Shown here: in pieces, positions 6,581-16,775 of the stretch | Layout of the letters: every line of letters starts with the position of its first letter | Numbering within the stretch: position 1 is the stretch's first letter | Virus record (IMG/VR): IMGVR_UViG_3300048121_002246 | Coordinates: 1 to 33,071 of that record | DNA from: a virus | Lineage: Duplodnaviria; Caudoviricetes | DNA length: 33,071 nucleotides | Strand: one strand, 5' to 3' | Translations under genes and position numbers: made by a program | Notes under the pieces: model-generated | Told to the model about the DNA's origin: nothing | Database searches by the model: none | Seen by the model: the letters and a program-made list of their open reading frames with translations, nothing else

Positions 6581-8981
6581 CTATATTTATGGATATTTTT
6601 TCTACATCTCTATTATTTACGATGAAATTAGATATCGGGACTTGGACTAGAGATTTTACAACACTTTTTATTTGTCTAGCATGATTTTTATCTTTTTTAA
6701 TCTTATTAAAGATATGAGTCTCGACTTTCTTCCGCAAGACTACATTTATATCCCTTTCTAATAATCTAGATTTTATTTCAGCCAATTCTTTTCTTATGAT
6801 CTGCCTCAATTCATTTTCTCCCAGCTGATTAAAAATCAATACCTCATCTACGCGAGCTAATAACTCTGGTCTAAAATATTTTTTAACACAAGAATTATAG
6901 ACATCTTTCTCTTGTTGTTTATCAGGAGCAAACCCCATGCTTTTAGCTGATTTTTCTTTATGACCAATATTGGAAGTCATGATCACTATAGTCTTACTGA
7001 AATCAATATTCCTATTAAGGTTATCTGTAGCATACCCCTCGTCTAGAATATGGAGTAAAATATCTAAGACTTTAGGCTCGCACTTCTCGACTTCATCAAA
7101 CAATACAACACAGTTGGGATTATTCCGAACAAACTCTGTGAGTAACCCACCTTCGTCATAACCTACATAGCCAGCATTTGCACCCATAAGTTTAGAGATA
7201 GATGTTTTATCTTGGTATTCACTCATATTGAGTTGTAAAAACGATTTCTCATTACCGAAGAAATACTTTGCTATTTTTTTAGCGGTATATGTCTTACCCA
7301 CACTTGTATCACCAACAAAAAGAAAATTACTTAGGGGTTTGCTAGGATCATTTAAACCTGCTTTCGCACATGATAGAGCATTATAAATAAGATCTATATT
7401 CTTATGCTGCCCAAAAACTTCGCTATTCATTTGTTTAGAGAAAGAGATAAAAGAAGAATGGTTCTTATTAAGAGTTTTAGCTGATAATCCAGTTTTTTCT
7501 TGGAAAATAGCCAAGATGTCTTTTTGTCTAATATTTTGCTTCCTACCTCGATTCTCTTGATAACGAGACATTACTTGTAGGTAGTCTTTCAATAGTAAAG
7601 TAAACTGCTCCTCATCTAACTCCTCGTCATTATCACTATCCATTAGAACCTTGCAAAAAGAATCTCTAACGTCATCCACCTTAGATGGGATCTTGTTGTA
7701 TTTAATTCTAGTCCTAGCTCCTAATTGATCAATTACGTCGAATGCTTTATCAGGAAACTTTTTGTTACTCAAGTATTTTTCACAAAAATCTATGACTGTA
7801 TCAATATCAGATTCTAAATATCGAACATTGTGAAAATCTTCATAATAAGAAATTGTTTTTAATATAATCTCTTTTGTTTCTGCCTTGGTAGGTTCTTCGA
7901 TCTCTATTTTGTCAAATCTCCTTTTAATAGCAGTATCTTTTTCAAAGAACTTCTTATATTCTTGAGTTGTCGTCGCCCCTATACACTTTATATCTCCTCT
8001 AGCAAGAGCTGGTTTGAGCATATTTGAAGCATCTACAGCGCCTTCTGAATTACCAGCACCTATTATAGTATGAATCTCATCAAAAAAGAGTATGATATTA
8101 GGCTCTTTTTCCGCTTCTGAGATCAAAGCTTTGAATTTCTCTTCAAACTCCCCTCTATACTTGGTCCCAGCAACCATAGCACTTATATCAACTGAGCAAA
8201 TCTGCATGAGAGACATGTGCGGCGGGACTTCTTGACCTACGATTTTTTGAGCTAAACCTTCCGCTATAGCTGTTTTACCGACACCTGCATCTCCTACTAA
8301 GATTGCGTTACTTTTGTTTTTCTTAGAAAGGATTTCTACAAGCTGATGAATTTCCTTTTCCCTTCCAGAAATAGTAGAGTTTTTCTTCGCGATATACTTC
8401 TCATTCAAGTTTATGCAGTATTTTGAGATATTAGGTAATGGAGATTGGAGGTCTTCAACATCGACAAGCTCTTCGGTCTCAGAGACAAATGAATCCCTCA
8501 TCCTATCCAAAGCTGGGATGCTATCTTCTAAGACATAACCCTCAATCAAATCTTTTGACAAAAGTAGATCAATGCTATTTTTAGATAAAAATTTTATAAA
8601 ATCATTATCAGAATCCAGAATTACATAAAGGATATGTTCTATACCAATGAAATAACTATCGAACATGTCCGAGAAATCTTTCGCAGACTTTATCGTCTCA
8701 TTCACATCACTATGCCATCCACCTTGGCCCTTCTTACTTAAGAAGTAATGCTCGTTTTCTTTTGAGTATTTTTCAAAAATGCCTTTAAATACCTCGACAT
8801 CTAGATCTATATCATAAGATTTCAATCTAAGAGAACAGGTATCAGATATATTAGACAGACATCCGTATACCAAGTGAGCTACTGTTACTAAATCGTGACC
8901 ATTATCCCTAGCAAACTTCTTAGAATCTTTTAATCCTTTCTTTGCTTTAGGTGTAAGGTTGAAATCGGCTAAACCCATCAT
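6555..8981 (-). CDS. clpC: ClpA/ClpC-family AAA+ ATPase (Hsp100)
   Basis: Clp N-domain; NBD1 motifs GDAGVGKT, ILFFDEIH and GTKYRGEFE; 'FPDKAFD'; NBD2 motifs GDTSVGKT, GYVGY and VLFDEVEK; ClpP-docking-type 'SMGF'; 'FRPELLARVD'. Confidence 0.9.
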   Translation of the reverse strand: MMGLADFNLTPKAKKGLKDSKKFARDNGHDLVTVAHLVYGCLSNISDTCSLRLKSYDIDLDVEVFKGIFEKYSKENEHYFLSKKGQGGWHSDVNETIKSAKDFSDMFDSYFIGIEHILYVILDSDNDFIKFLSKNSIDLLLSKDLIEGYVLEDSIPALDRMRDSFVSETEELVDVEDLQSPLPNISKYCINLNEKYIAKKNSTISGREKEIHQLVEILSKKNKSNAILVGDAGVGKTAIAEGLAQKIVGQEVPPHMSLMQICSVDISAMVAGTKYRGEFEEKFKALISEAEKEPNIILFFDEIHTIIGAGNSEGAVDASNMLKPALARGDIKCIGATTTQEYKKFFEKDTAIKRRFDKIEIEEPTKAETKEIILKTISYYEDFHNVRYLESDIDTVIDFCEKYLSNKKFPDKAFDVIDQLGARTRIKYNKIPSKVDDVRDSFCKVLMDSDNDEELDEEQFTLLLKDYLQVMSRYQENRGRKQNIRQKDILAIFQEKTGLSAKTLNKNHSSFISFSKQMNSEVFGQHKNIDLIYNALSCAKAGLNDPSKPLSNFLFVGDTSVGKTYTAKKIAKYFFGNEKSFLQLNMSEYQDKTSISKLMGANAGYVGYDEGGLLTEFVRNNPNCVVLFDEVEKCEPKVLDILLHILDEGYATDNLNRNIDFSKTIVIMTSNIGHKEKSAKSMGFAPDKQQEKDVYNSCVKKYFRPELLARVDEVLIFNQLGENELRQIIRKELAEIKSRLLERDINVVLRKKVETHIFNKIKKDKNHARQIKSVVKSLVQVPISNFIVNNRDVEKISINIVDKSLEFA

Positions 8982-8986
8982 AATTC

Positions 8987-8993
8987 TTTACAC
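8987..8993 (-). promoter_or_regulatory. GTGTAAA motif upstream of the clp ATPase
   Basis: AGTGTAAAGAATTATGATG. Confidence 0.35.
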
Positions 8994-11548
8994 TATTTTA
9001 GTTCAGATAGTTTCATATAGATTTTATCCTTCAAAGGGACTATTTTTTCGAGAAACACAATATCATCTCCTTTAGACCCAAATACTATAACAACATCACC
9101 CTTATTAGGCAATTTTTTTCCAGAATCTAAATAATCAGTTAATCGACCCTCTCTCTCACTATCTAGAAATAAACCTTCTAAAACACCAGTCTCATCCTGC
9201 ATAGTCAATCTAGCATATTTATTTCCGTTCCGACTAGTCCGTTTTATAATGTCAGTTAAAGAGCCGACGAATTTCACCCTAGCTCTAGGTTCAAGATCTT
9301 TCACTGCGTCAGCAGAATGGAAATCCTGTCCATAAGTAAATATCTCTCTAATGTTATAAGAATAACTATATCCTAATAGTTTCTCTTCAAAATACCAATT
9401 AGCATACTTATTATGCACCTTATTCATCTCATAAATTTCTTTGTAGGGCTTATATTTTTTCTTGAATGTCTCAAACCTCTTATCCTTGAATATTACCCTG
9501 TTATCGTCTCCAACCATGTCTTGTGTTTTTACATCATGTATTGATGTTATAATATCGTAATCGTATGACTTACCAAGTTCAAGTAGATTTCTCTTCTCTC
9601 TATCTGTCAAAATATTGAACGTCTGGGCTTCTAAAACCAATCTTGGTCTAGTATGTTTTACAAATGAGTCTAACAATCCAGCTTGTATAAGGGCTGATAA
9701 AGTGCCGATATTCAAACCCGCTTGTTTAGCAGCCAAAAAGACTTCGTATTTATTAGAAAATGAATCTTCGCGAAATTCCAATAAAGATACCAAGACCTTA
9801 GTCGAGACACCTTTTATCGAGTTCAAACCATACCTAATATTCTTACCTTCAATTTTGAAATCGATATCTGACTTATTTAAATCTGGCTGCAATAACTCAA
9901 TGTCAAAATAAGAAAGCTCCTGAGATATCTTAGCTATCTCTTCATGAGAATTAGGCTCAAACTTAGTATACTTCAGAAGACTTAGGTAAAACTCTTGGGG
10001 GTAGTTGAATTTTAAGTATACAGTAATCGCTGCTAAATAAGCATAACTAATAGAGTGAGATTTATTAAAAGAATAATTAGCGGAGTCCTCTGCAACTTTC
10101 CAAAGGACTTCCCCCACTTCAGGATCTAACCCGTTCTCTTTTATCTTATCACCAATTTTAGCCTTCCACTCTGGCATTTTATCCACCTTCTTCTTGCCTA
10201 CGATGCGTCTTAGCTGTTCAGATTCATCTAAACTAAAACCTACTTTTACAGCCATTTTCATCAACTGTTCCTGATAGAGAGGTATACCTCCAGTATAACT
10301 GAGGATGTCATCAAAATACTCATGGACAGATTGGAATTCGCCAGTTCTTACATAAGTAGCGTAGGAATCCTTAAAATCTAAAGCCCCAGGTCTTGCTATG
10401 GCGACCACCGCTGATAATTGTTCTAGGTTCTCAGGAGAGATTAGTTTGCAAACTTTGAAGTTTGTATCTGCTTCAATCTGAAATAACCCCTGTGGAGATC
10501 TTAAGCAAGATAAAGCCGCATATATACTAGGGTGATGAGGGTCTATATCAGAAGCCTTTATTCCAAGCCCCTTACAAACGTCATGCACAACAGATAATGT
10601 TCTGAGACCAAGAATATCAAACTTGACGCTCAAACTAGCTACATCATTCATGTCATATGCAGAAACTAAAGAGTCATCATTTGTCGTCTGTAATGGCATA
10701 ATATCATCTAGTTCATAAAAAGAAATAGATATCCCAGAGGGGTGGACTCCAGTATTCTTGTTCAGACCTTGTAGCTTTTTGGCTATCTTGTAGACTTTAG
10801 GATATTTATCCGCATGGTTTTTGAAAGTCTCGCTCTCTTCATAGGCCGTTTGTAATTTAGCCACTATTCCATAATGCTTAGGAATCGAGTCGCTAATGTG
10901 ATTCACTTCCATCTCTGATAATTCTGCGACTATCTTTCCACATTCCTTCATACAAAGTTTCCCACTTAACGTATTCAGCGTCAGAATTTTAGAAGTCTTG
11001 CCTTTATATTTTTTTTCAATATATTTTATAACCTCTAATCTTCGATCATAAGAAATATCGTTATCAACATCAGCCAATAAACTACCATCTAGAAAAGTCT
11101 CCCCTTCATGCTCTATCTTCTTTGCACGACTCTTCGAAACAAATCTCTCAAAGAATAAATCATACTCAATTGGATCTATATTCGTCACTCCGATAACATA
11201 AAGAACTAAAGAGCCAGCTGCGCTACCTCGACCAGCTCCTGTAGGTATATCATTCTCTACGCAAAAATTAATAATGTCCCAGTTTAGTAGTATATAGTCT
11301 ACAAACCCTAACTCTTGGAAGATAGACAGCTCTTCTTTTAACCTATCATAGTAAACTTGAGCATTATCAAATTTGTCAATGCCTTTTTGTTGTAGACGTT
11401 TAAAACATAACTTTCTTAAAAACTGATAATTATCCGCAGATTCTTCACATGAGACCTCTTTGTAGTATTTATTCTCAATCTTAATCTCTGGCAACTTAAC
11501 ACCTACAGGGAAAGGCGTTTTATATCCTGTGTACTTTAATGCATTCAT
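8993..11548 (-). CDS. dnaE: DNA polymerase III alpha catalytic core, lacking the PHP domain
   Basis: 'GAGRGSAAGSLV', 'LFFERF', 'ADVDND', 'GVHPSGI', 'KFDILGL', 'GLFQ', 'YSFNKSHS', 'IRYGLNSIKGV' and a C-terminal OB fold. Confidence 0.95.
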   Translation of the reverse strand: MNALKYTGYKTPFPVGVKLPEIKIENKYYKEVSCEESADNYQFLRKLCFKRLQQKGIDKFDNAQVYYDRLKEELSIFQELGFVDYILLNWDIINFCVENDIPTGAGRGSAAGSLVLYVIGVTNIDPIEYDLFFERFVSKSRAKKIEHEGETFLDGSLLADVDNDISYDRRLEVIKYIEKKYKGKTSKILTLNTLSGKLCMKECGKIVAELSEMEVNHISDSIPKHYGIVAKLQTAYEESETFKNHADKYPKVYKIAKKLQGLNKNTGVHPSGISISFYELDDIMPLQTTNDDSLVSAYDMNDVASLSVKFDILGLRTLSVVHDVCKGLGIKASDIDPHHPSIYAALSCLRSPQGLFQIEADTNFKVCKLISPENLEQLSAVVAIARPGALDFKDSYATYVRTGEFQSVHEYFDDILSYTGGIPLYQEQLMKMAVKVGFSLDESEQLRRIVGKKKVDKMPEWKAKIGDKIKENGLDPEVGEVLWKVAEDSANYSFNKSHSISYAYLAAITVYLKFNYPQEFYLSLLKYTKFEPNSHEEIAKISQELSYFDIELLQPDLNKSDIDFKIEGKNIRYGLNSIKGVSTKVLVSLLEFREDSFSNKYEVFLAAKQAGLNIGTLSALIQAGLLDSFVKHTRPRLVLEAQTFNILTDREKRNLLELGKSYDYDIITSIHDVKTQDMVGDDNRVIFKDKRFETFKKKYKPYKEIYEMNKVHNKYANWYFEEKLLGYSYSYNIREIFTYGQDFHSADAVKDLEPRARVKFVGSLTDIIKRTSRNGNKYARLTMQDETGVLEGLFLDSEREGRLTDYLDSGKKLPNKGDVVIVFGSKGDDIVFLEKIVPLKDKIYMKLSELK

Positions 11549-12177
11549 ATTTCTAAGTCAAAAAGCTGTTTACGGAAAACTTTAAAATTCATCTCAATGT
11601 CGTAAAGAGCATCATGCAATCGTTTAGGATCATGATCTATATTGTATTTTTTAAGCAAGAAAGCTTGAGATGTTTTTAGCTTTCTTTCCCTATGATTTAT
11701 AAGTCTATACTGCCAACTGATAAAATCTTCTTTATCTACTGGGATATCTTTAGCTATAGCTACAGCTAAAGCTCTAGTATCAATAATGCGTTCTACATAT
11801 GAGTAATCAGCCTCTAATTTCATTAGCTCGCGCCAAATATTAACCATATAAACGTCGAACCCTAACAAATTTTGACCTACAATAAAAGTATCCTTATCGT
11901 AAAGATACTTAGAGAACTTTTCCCAGACCTTCCGAGGGCTTTCTTTTCTCTTATTATACTCTTTCATAGTAAAACCTGTGATCTTAGCTGCACCTGCTGA
12001 GACATCTAAGTTCGGCCAATCCAGAAACATATCGTGCTTCTCCAAGATCTTACCTCCCTCTACCACTAACCAAGCAACCTGCCAAGGTCTTGACCTGATT
12101 AAGTTCAAACCTTCAGTCTCTGTATCAAAAACTAAATATTTTTGGTTCTTATCAAACCTTAATAATGATTCATCCAT
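11545..12177 (-). CDS. dnaQ: DEDDh 3'-5' exonuclease (Pol III epsilon-like)
   Basis: ExoI 'VFDTETEGL', ExoII 'GQNLLGFD', ExoIII 'HDALYD'. Confidence 0.9.
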   Translation of the reverse strand: MDESLLRFDKNQKYLVFDTETEGLNLIRSRPWQVAWLVVEGGKILEKHDMFLDWPNLDVSAGAAKITGFTMKEYNKRKESPRKVWEKFSKYLYDKDTFIVGQNLLGFDVYMVNIWRELMKLEADYSYVERIIDTRALAVAIAKDIPVDKEDFISWQYRLINHRERKLKTSQAFLLKKYNIDHDPKRLHDALYDIEMNFKVFRKQLFDLEI

Positions 12178-12922
12178 TAGCTACCTCTTTCTTCTCTAAG
12201 TATGACTCGAAACAGAACTCTTGACTACCAAAATGATTTAAATTTGGACTACTCAGAGTAGCTGCTTTACCAAAGTTTCTATTGCATAGTATCTTGTATG
12301 TCTGTAATGCTTCGACATCTTCTCTTTTTTTATAGAAAATACTTTTTACATCTTTGCATTTAGCCCCCATATTATCTGCAAACTTTTTTACTTTACGTGA
12401 TAGCAATTTATCAAAAGGTAAGCAGTTGTCCTCCACCCAAAAAACAGGGCTAATTTTTGAGAAGCTAGGGACACATTTTTTTAAATGCAGACTATTATTA
12501 TATATAAAAGAATCATAAAATGGAATAACTAGATCGACACTATCACTCCATAATGAATTCAAGAAATTGAAATCTACTTTCCCGCTATTACTAGTATAAG
12601 CATATGAATAGATTCTATATAATAGTCTGCATCCATCGTCATCGTTAGCAAAAATTACAATTTTATGATCAGAATTATCATCCTCATTTACGTCGTTGCA
12701 ACATGTAATCCTAAGCCCAAAAACTAAATTTATGTCTCTCTCTTTACACCTATTATGAGCAGTAACAAAACCTGTCATAGAGTCTTCAACTAATACAAGA
12801 TTCTTAATATTGTTTTCTTCGCATATCGATAAGATGCTATCAGGACCGCCGTCCTTCTCTGCCTCGTCTAATGTTAAAATACTTTTCCCTATAGAGAAAG
12901 TAGATTTGAATACTGGGACCAT
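12170..12922 (-). CDS. Stand-alone PHP domain of Pol III alpha with degenerate metal ligands
   Basis: 'FKSTFSIGKS', 'LVLVEDSMTG', 'NLVFGLRI', 'HKIVIFANDDDGCRLL' match the DnaE PHP pattern. Start moved to ATG 12922 because the track's TTG lies inside the promoter. Confidence 0.8.
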   Translation of the reverse strand: MVPVFKSTFSIGKSILTLDEAEKDGGPDSILSICEENNIKNLVLVEDSMTGFVTAHNRCKERDINLVFGLRITCCNDVNEDDNSDHKIVIFANDDDGCRLLYRIYSYAYTSNSGKVDFNFLNSLWSDSVDLVIPFYDSFIYNNSLHLKKCVPSFSKISPVFWVEDNCLPFDKLLSRKVKKFADNMGAKCKDVKSIFYKKREDVEALQTYKILCNRNFGKAATLSSPNLNHFGSQEFCFESYLEKKEVANG

Positions 12923-12928
12923 GACCCA

Positions 12929-12956
12929 ACTATACAAGCCTAGACTTACGAGTCAA
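12929..12956 (-). promoter_or_regulatory. Sigma70-type promoter, leaderless, for the PHP-exo-dnaE unit
   Basis: TTGACT-16 nt-TATAGT-6 nt-ATG(12922). Confidence 0.6.
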
Positions 12957-13978
12957 GAACAATGTGCTGGGCAACCCTTATAATATCTGATCTCATATTT
13001 CCCCCCTTTAGGGACGAGATCTTCAGAGAAATCCTCTTCAAAGTAACACTTGACTGTTTTCCCTTCTGAGTTGTAGACCTCATAATAGAAGAAATCAAAT
13101 TTCATAGAGCAATGCCATTTTGGATTGCCATCTTTTTTGAGTTCCCCTTTTTTGGTAGCGAAGCCACAGAGCAACTTCCCACTAAAGGAACTGTCAGAAG
13201 GAAACCCTTTACGAGCAGCGAAGTTGTATTTTGCGTCTCTCTCTGTAAAATTATCTAGATATTTTTGTATCTCCGTAAGCTGCAACTCAAAACCCACTAA
13301 CTCATCAGGATCAAGTGGCTCCATCCTGACAATCCCTGTTTTTTTTGCTTTCAAGTCTAAATCGAACTTTAAGAAAAGAAACTCACTAACTCTATTAGCG
13401 TATTCTGGGAACAGATCTCTTACAGCTAAGCTATACATTAAGTCCTGTAAATTATCAGTATGGTCTTTGCCCTTGAATACATCTTTACTAGTCTTAAAAT
13501 CTCTAATCAGAGCAAACTTTTGGTCCTTATAAAGAAAGAGCTTATCTATAAACCCTCTAATTTTGTAACTGATCTCACCGTCGTTCTTGATAATATCAAA
13601 GTCTTTCTCTGAATACTCTTCAGTCGGTTCAGAAAGATCACCTCCGAAGAAATCATAAGAGAGACCATTAAAGATCATCTCTTTCATCATTTCTATATTC
13701 TCAGTATCATCTACACCCTCTTTCTCAGCATGTTTGAAAATTAAACGTTTGATGGAAGGAACTGAAAAAACATCTTGAGTCTTAATTATTTTATCAAAAT
13801 ACTTTTTTCTCTTTGGAACACCAAGAACTTCAAAGACTAAGTGACATATAGAACCTCTTCTCGCACCATCATTACTCTTCTCTGGAAGACCTAATTTATA
13901 CTTACACCAATAAAGCCAAGAGCAGGATTGAGCAGTTTTAATTCGGCTCGCAGATAAGGGCGTTTGAGGTTCAGTCAT
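12953..13978 (-). CDS. PD-(D/E)XK exonuclease, Cas4/AddB/RecB-like, probable Fe-S cluster
   Basis: 'LSASRI...SCSWLYW', 'GSICHLVFE', 'RGFIDKL...IRDFKTS', 'QDLMY', and C-terminal Cys residues (LLCG, WHCS, GCPAHC). Confidence 0.85.
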   Translation of the reverse strand: MTEPQTPLSASRIKTAQSCSWLYWCKYKLGLPEKSNDGARRGSICHLVFEVLGVPKRKKYFDKIIKTQDVFSVPSIKRLIFKHAEKEGVDDTENIEMMKEMIFNGLSYDFFGGDLSEPTEEYSEKDFDIIKNDGEISYKIRGFIDKLFLYKDQKFALIRDFKTSKDVFKGKDHTDNLQDLMYSLAVRDLFPEYANRVSEFLFLKFDLDLKAKKTGIVRMEPLDPDELVGFELQLTEIQKYLDNFTERDAKYNFAARKGFPSDSSFSGKLLCGFATKKGELKKDGNPKWHCSMKFDFFYYEVYNSEGKTVKCYFEEDFSEDLVPKGGKYEIRYYKGCPAHCS

Positions 13979-15050
13979 TACTTAGCAACGAGGCTGTTTT
14001 AAATTCTTTTTTAGTGAACCTAGAGGGGTTATTTTTTACAAAATTACAAACATATTTTAATTGGGCATCTTGATCTACTGGCTTGTCCAACCAGTCTTTC
14101 TTAATGTCGCAACCATTCAAATGTGCATCACCAAAATCATTATATGGCTTAGGAGGAAATTTTACACTTAAACTACCCAAGTCAAAATAACTAGACAATT
14201 TCAAATAACTTTTTACCGCTGCAATAAGCCCTCTATTTTCACTGCTGCCAGAGTCGTTATTTGTAGCAATGCATATATTGACAACAGCCCTGCCGCTAAG
14301 ATAATTGACAATATTACTATTAACGGACAAGCCAAAAATGACCAGAACGTTTTTAATTCCTTGTTCATAAAGACCCAGCGCATCACCTATACTTTCTACT
14401 AAAATTACTTCTTTTTTCAACTCTATCTCTTCATCGACACCTGTCACAGTGTTAAAAGCTGGATAAACCCAGTTGTTTCTCTTCCCTACATGTTTCCATT
14501 TAGGAAGATGCTTCCACTTTTCATTATTAGAATCCACATGTCTACCAGAGAATCCTATAATTTGATTATGTTCGTTATAAACGGGGAAAACCATACGCCT
14601 ATACATTTTGCCAACCCCCGCCAATCCTACTTGAAAAGCTTTTTGGGTTTCCTCTGATATATTCTTACCCTGATAAAAGTGATAATTAGGGAATAGCTTG
14701 TCTAAGGACGAGTCTGGATATATTCTTTCCATCTGGATCTTTTCATTAGGTTGATATGTCGAAACCTCATCTGTATATGAGTTAGCTAGGATGGCTTCTG
14801 TTTCTTTTTTGTCTTTAGTCGTGAGTTCTATAAGAGCCTCAAAAGGTTTACTACCCCTGTTTTGGACAAAGTCCATCCAAACGCCAGTATTTTTGTAAAT
14901 CTTAAGCGCAGTTTTGTTATCTCCATCTCGATATAGAGCTTGAGTTCTCCAATGGTCACCACAATCAATTAGAGTGTAACCTACTGACTCCAAGATTCCT
15001 TGGAAGTCTTCAGAATTGATCGAAGTCTGGGATTTCTTCTTGATGTCCAT
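13971..15050 (-). CDS. dnaG: DnaG-type primase
   Basis: 'RRMVFPVYN...IIGFSGR', 'PKWKH', TOPRIM 'ILVESIGDAL' and 'ATNND', 'NDFGD'; adjacent to the helicase. Confidence 0.85.
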   Translation of the reverse strand: MDIKKKSQTSINSEDFQGILESVGYTLIDCGDHWRTQALYRDGDNKTALKIYKNTGVWMDFVQNRGSKPFEALIELTTKDKKETEAILANSYTDEVSTYQPNEKIQMERIYPDSSLDKLFPNYHFYQGKNISEETQKAFQVGLAGVGKMYRRMVFPVYNEHNQIIGFSGRHVDSNNEKWKHLPKWKHVGKRNNWVYPAFNTVTGVDEEIELKKEVILVESIGDALGLYEQGIKNVLVIFGLSVNSNIVNYLSGRAVVNICIATNNDSGSSENRGLIAAVKSYLKLSSYFDLGSLSVKFPPKPYNDFGDAHLNGCDIKKDWLDKPVDQDAQLKYVCNFVKNNPSRFTKKEFKTASLLSND

Positions 15051-16527
15051 TTGTATCTAATTCTTCTTCTCCGTTTAATACTCTAGCGATATCTCTTAAA
15101 TCGCCTCTCTCTGTGATATTAAAATTATTAAAATTTAAATTAATAGCATTTTTTCTCAGAGTGTCTCCAATACTTACTGGTTCTACAGCTCCAGCTATAT
15201 CGCTACCTAAGTGTCTAGCTTTAACATTAATAAGCTTGTGTGTACCGAATCGTTCCCCTTCGCTCTCTACCTCATCACCCGTCTTACTTCTAAGAATAAA
15301 CATATGAGAACAGAACTGAGTAATACGGTCCGATAAAGAAACGATAGACTCATCATCAACTACATTCTGAGAGTTTCGATTATTAGTGATCCCGTATCTA
15401 TTAGATTGCACAGATGTTATCATGGGAATCATAGGATTACCATCGTGTAGAATTTCTTTCTGCACACATTTTTTAAACTTATCGACCATTTCCCCGACAA
15501 CTTGCCACTCTGATTTGTTACCATTGCTCTCTGAGGTCGTTTTAATATAATCAAAAGAAAAGACCATTTGATTACCCCTACCCACTTTGGAGTAATAAAA
15601 ACGTTTCAATGTATTCACCATAGAGTCAACATCCATACCCCCGACGTTGTAGTAAAAAAACTTTAACTTATCAATTTTAGGCCATACAGACCTAACTTTA
15701 TCGACCACATCTTGACCAGCTTTTCTCCATTTACCACTCTCAAGTAAATGCATCGAAACTCCAGACAAAGCCGCGCACTGTCGCATAATTAATTCCTCTT
15801 TACTCATCTCCCCATTGTCGAAGTGGAGAACTGGCACATCATATTTCAAACTAACTTTAGTGGAATAATCCATGCAAAACTGCGTCTTACCTACACCAGA
15901 CCTCGCTACGATAACAGTTATATTACCAGCTCTCAATAGAGAGCCATAAATATCATTAATCTTTTCATGCGGACCCATCATGCCGAATTCTGTGACTGGG
16001 TTGTTGCCTCTTTCCTCTACAAGAGCCTCCATCTCTTCATATATGTTTTCTGGCGTATCATTGCCAATCTCATAAAGGTTAATGCGAGAATTGTATACAT
16101 TGTCAGCCAGCTCTATAATCTCTCTGTAAGAGGATTCTGGTGAGATGTTCTTCATCTTCTTAGCTATCTCTTGGGAAGACTCAAGTATCTCTCTGCGTAT
16201 AGAGTATTTCTTTAATTCTTTTGCTGTTTTTAAAATATTCCCCTCTGGGACTTTCCTGAGCGACAAAGACTTAATATAATCAGAAGGTTTAAGATTGTCT
16301 TCAAAGGATAATCCTAAATCATTAACTCTTTGAGCTACGATAATCTCATCTATCTCATCTCCAGCGTCAATAGCTTGTTGTATAATACGGAAGACAGCAG
16401 AATGAAGAGAACTCTGCTTAGAATAAAAGTCTGAGATACTGATAAAGTTAGATATCTCAGCCAAGCTTTCTGGCTCTTTGAGTAAACCTGCTAACAGTTG
16501 CTTTTCTAATTCAAAATTGTATATCAT
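15010..16527 (-). CDS. dnaB: Replicative helicase DnaB
   Basis: N-terminal 'ELEKQLLAGLL', Walker A ARSGVGKT, 'GEMSKEEL', Walker B 'FSFDYIK', 'VQSNR', 'KARH'. Confidence 0.92.
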   Translation of the reverse strand: MIYNFELEKQLLAGLLKEPESLAEISNFISISDFYSKQSSLHSAVFRIIQQAIDAGDEIDEIIVAQRVNDLGLSFEDNLKPSDYIKSLSLRKVPEGNILKTAKELKKYSIRREILESSQEIAKKMKNISPESSYREIIELADNVYNSRINLYEIGNDTPENIYEEMEALVEERGNNPVTEFGMMGPHEKINDIYGSLLRAGNITVIVARSGVGKTQFCMDYSTKVSLKYDVPVLHFDNGEMSKEELIMRQCAALSGVSMHLLESGKWRKAGQDVVDKVRSVWPKIDKLKFFYYNVGGMDVDSMVNTLKRFYYSKVGRGNQMVFSFDYIKTTSESNGNKSEWQVVGEMVDKFKKCVQKEILHDGNPMIPMITSVQSNRYGITNNRNSQNVVDDESIVSLSDRITQFCSHMFILRSKTGDEVESEGERFGTHKLINVKARHLGSDIAGAVEPVSIGDTLRKNAINLNFNNFNITERGDLRDIARVLNGEEELDTNGHQEEIPDFDQF

Positions 16528-16529
16528 CT

Positions 16530-16775
16530 CTATATGTCTTCTTCAATTAGTTCTTTAGGGGGACTCTCCAAATGATTCTCTAAAGCCTTTGTTAAGGCAA
16601 ACTCCGTCATACTGCAATCAAATTTGCAATAAACCAGAGGTTTTCCATTTTCCGAAGAGACTGCCATGATTACACCTTTATATTTATCAGCACCACCAGA
16701 CAATTCATAAATTTTTTCCACCATTTCAATGGGGATACAAAACTCTGGATTTTCGCTACCATCTGGTAAATTCAT
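16530..16775 (-). CDS. Hypothetical protein
   Basis: 81-aa ORF tightly packed in the operon (ATGA overlap with the upstream gene). Confidence 0.7.
   Translation of the reverse strand: MNLPDGSENPEFCIPIEMVEKIYELSGGADKYKGVIMAVSSENGKPLVYCKFDCSMTEFALTKALENHLESPPKELIEEDI

Noticed and set aside
8993-12922. Split-intein (cyanobacterial-type) dnaE or an intron interrupting the polymerase
   Set aside because: No intein N-terminal block or HN-C/S/T junction and no homing endonuclease are visible. The split is at a domain boundary and the inserted gene is an exonuclease.
12953-13978. cas4 of a CRISPR-Cas system
   Set aside because: No CRISPR array or other cas genes are present. Solo Cas4/AddB-like nucleases are common in phage replication modules.
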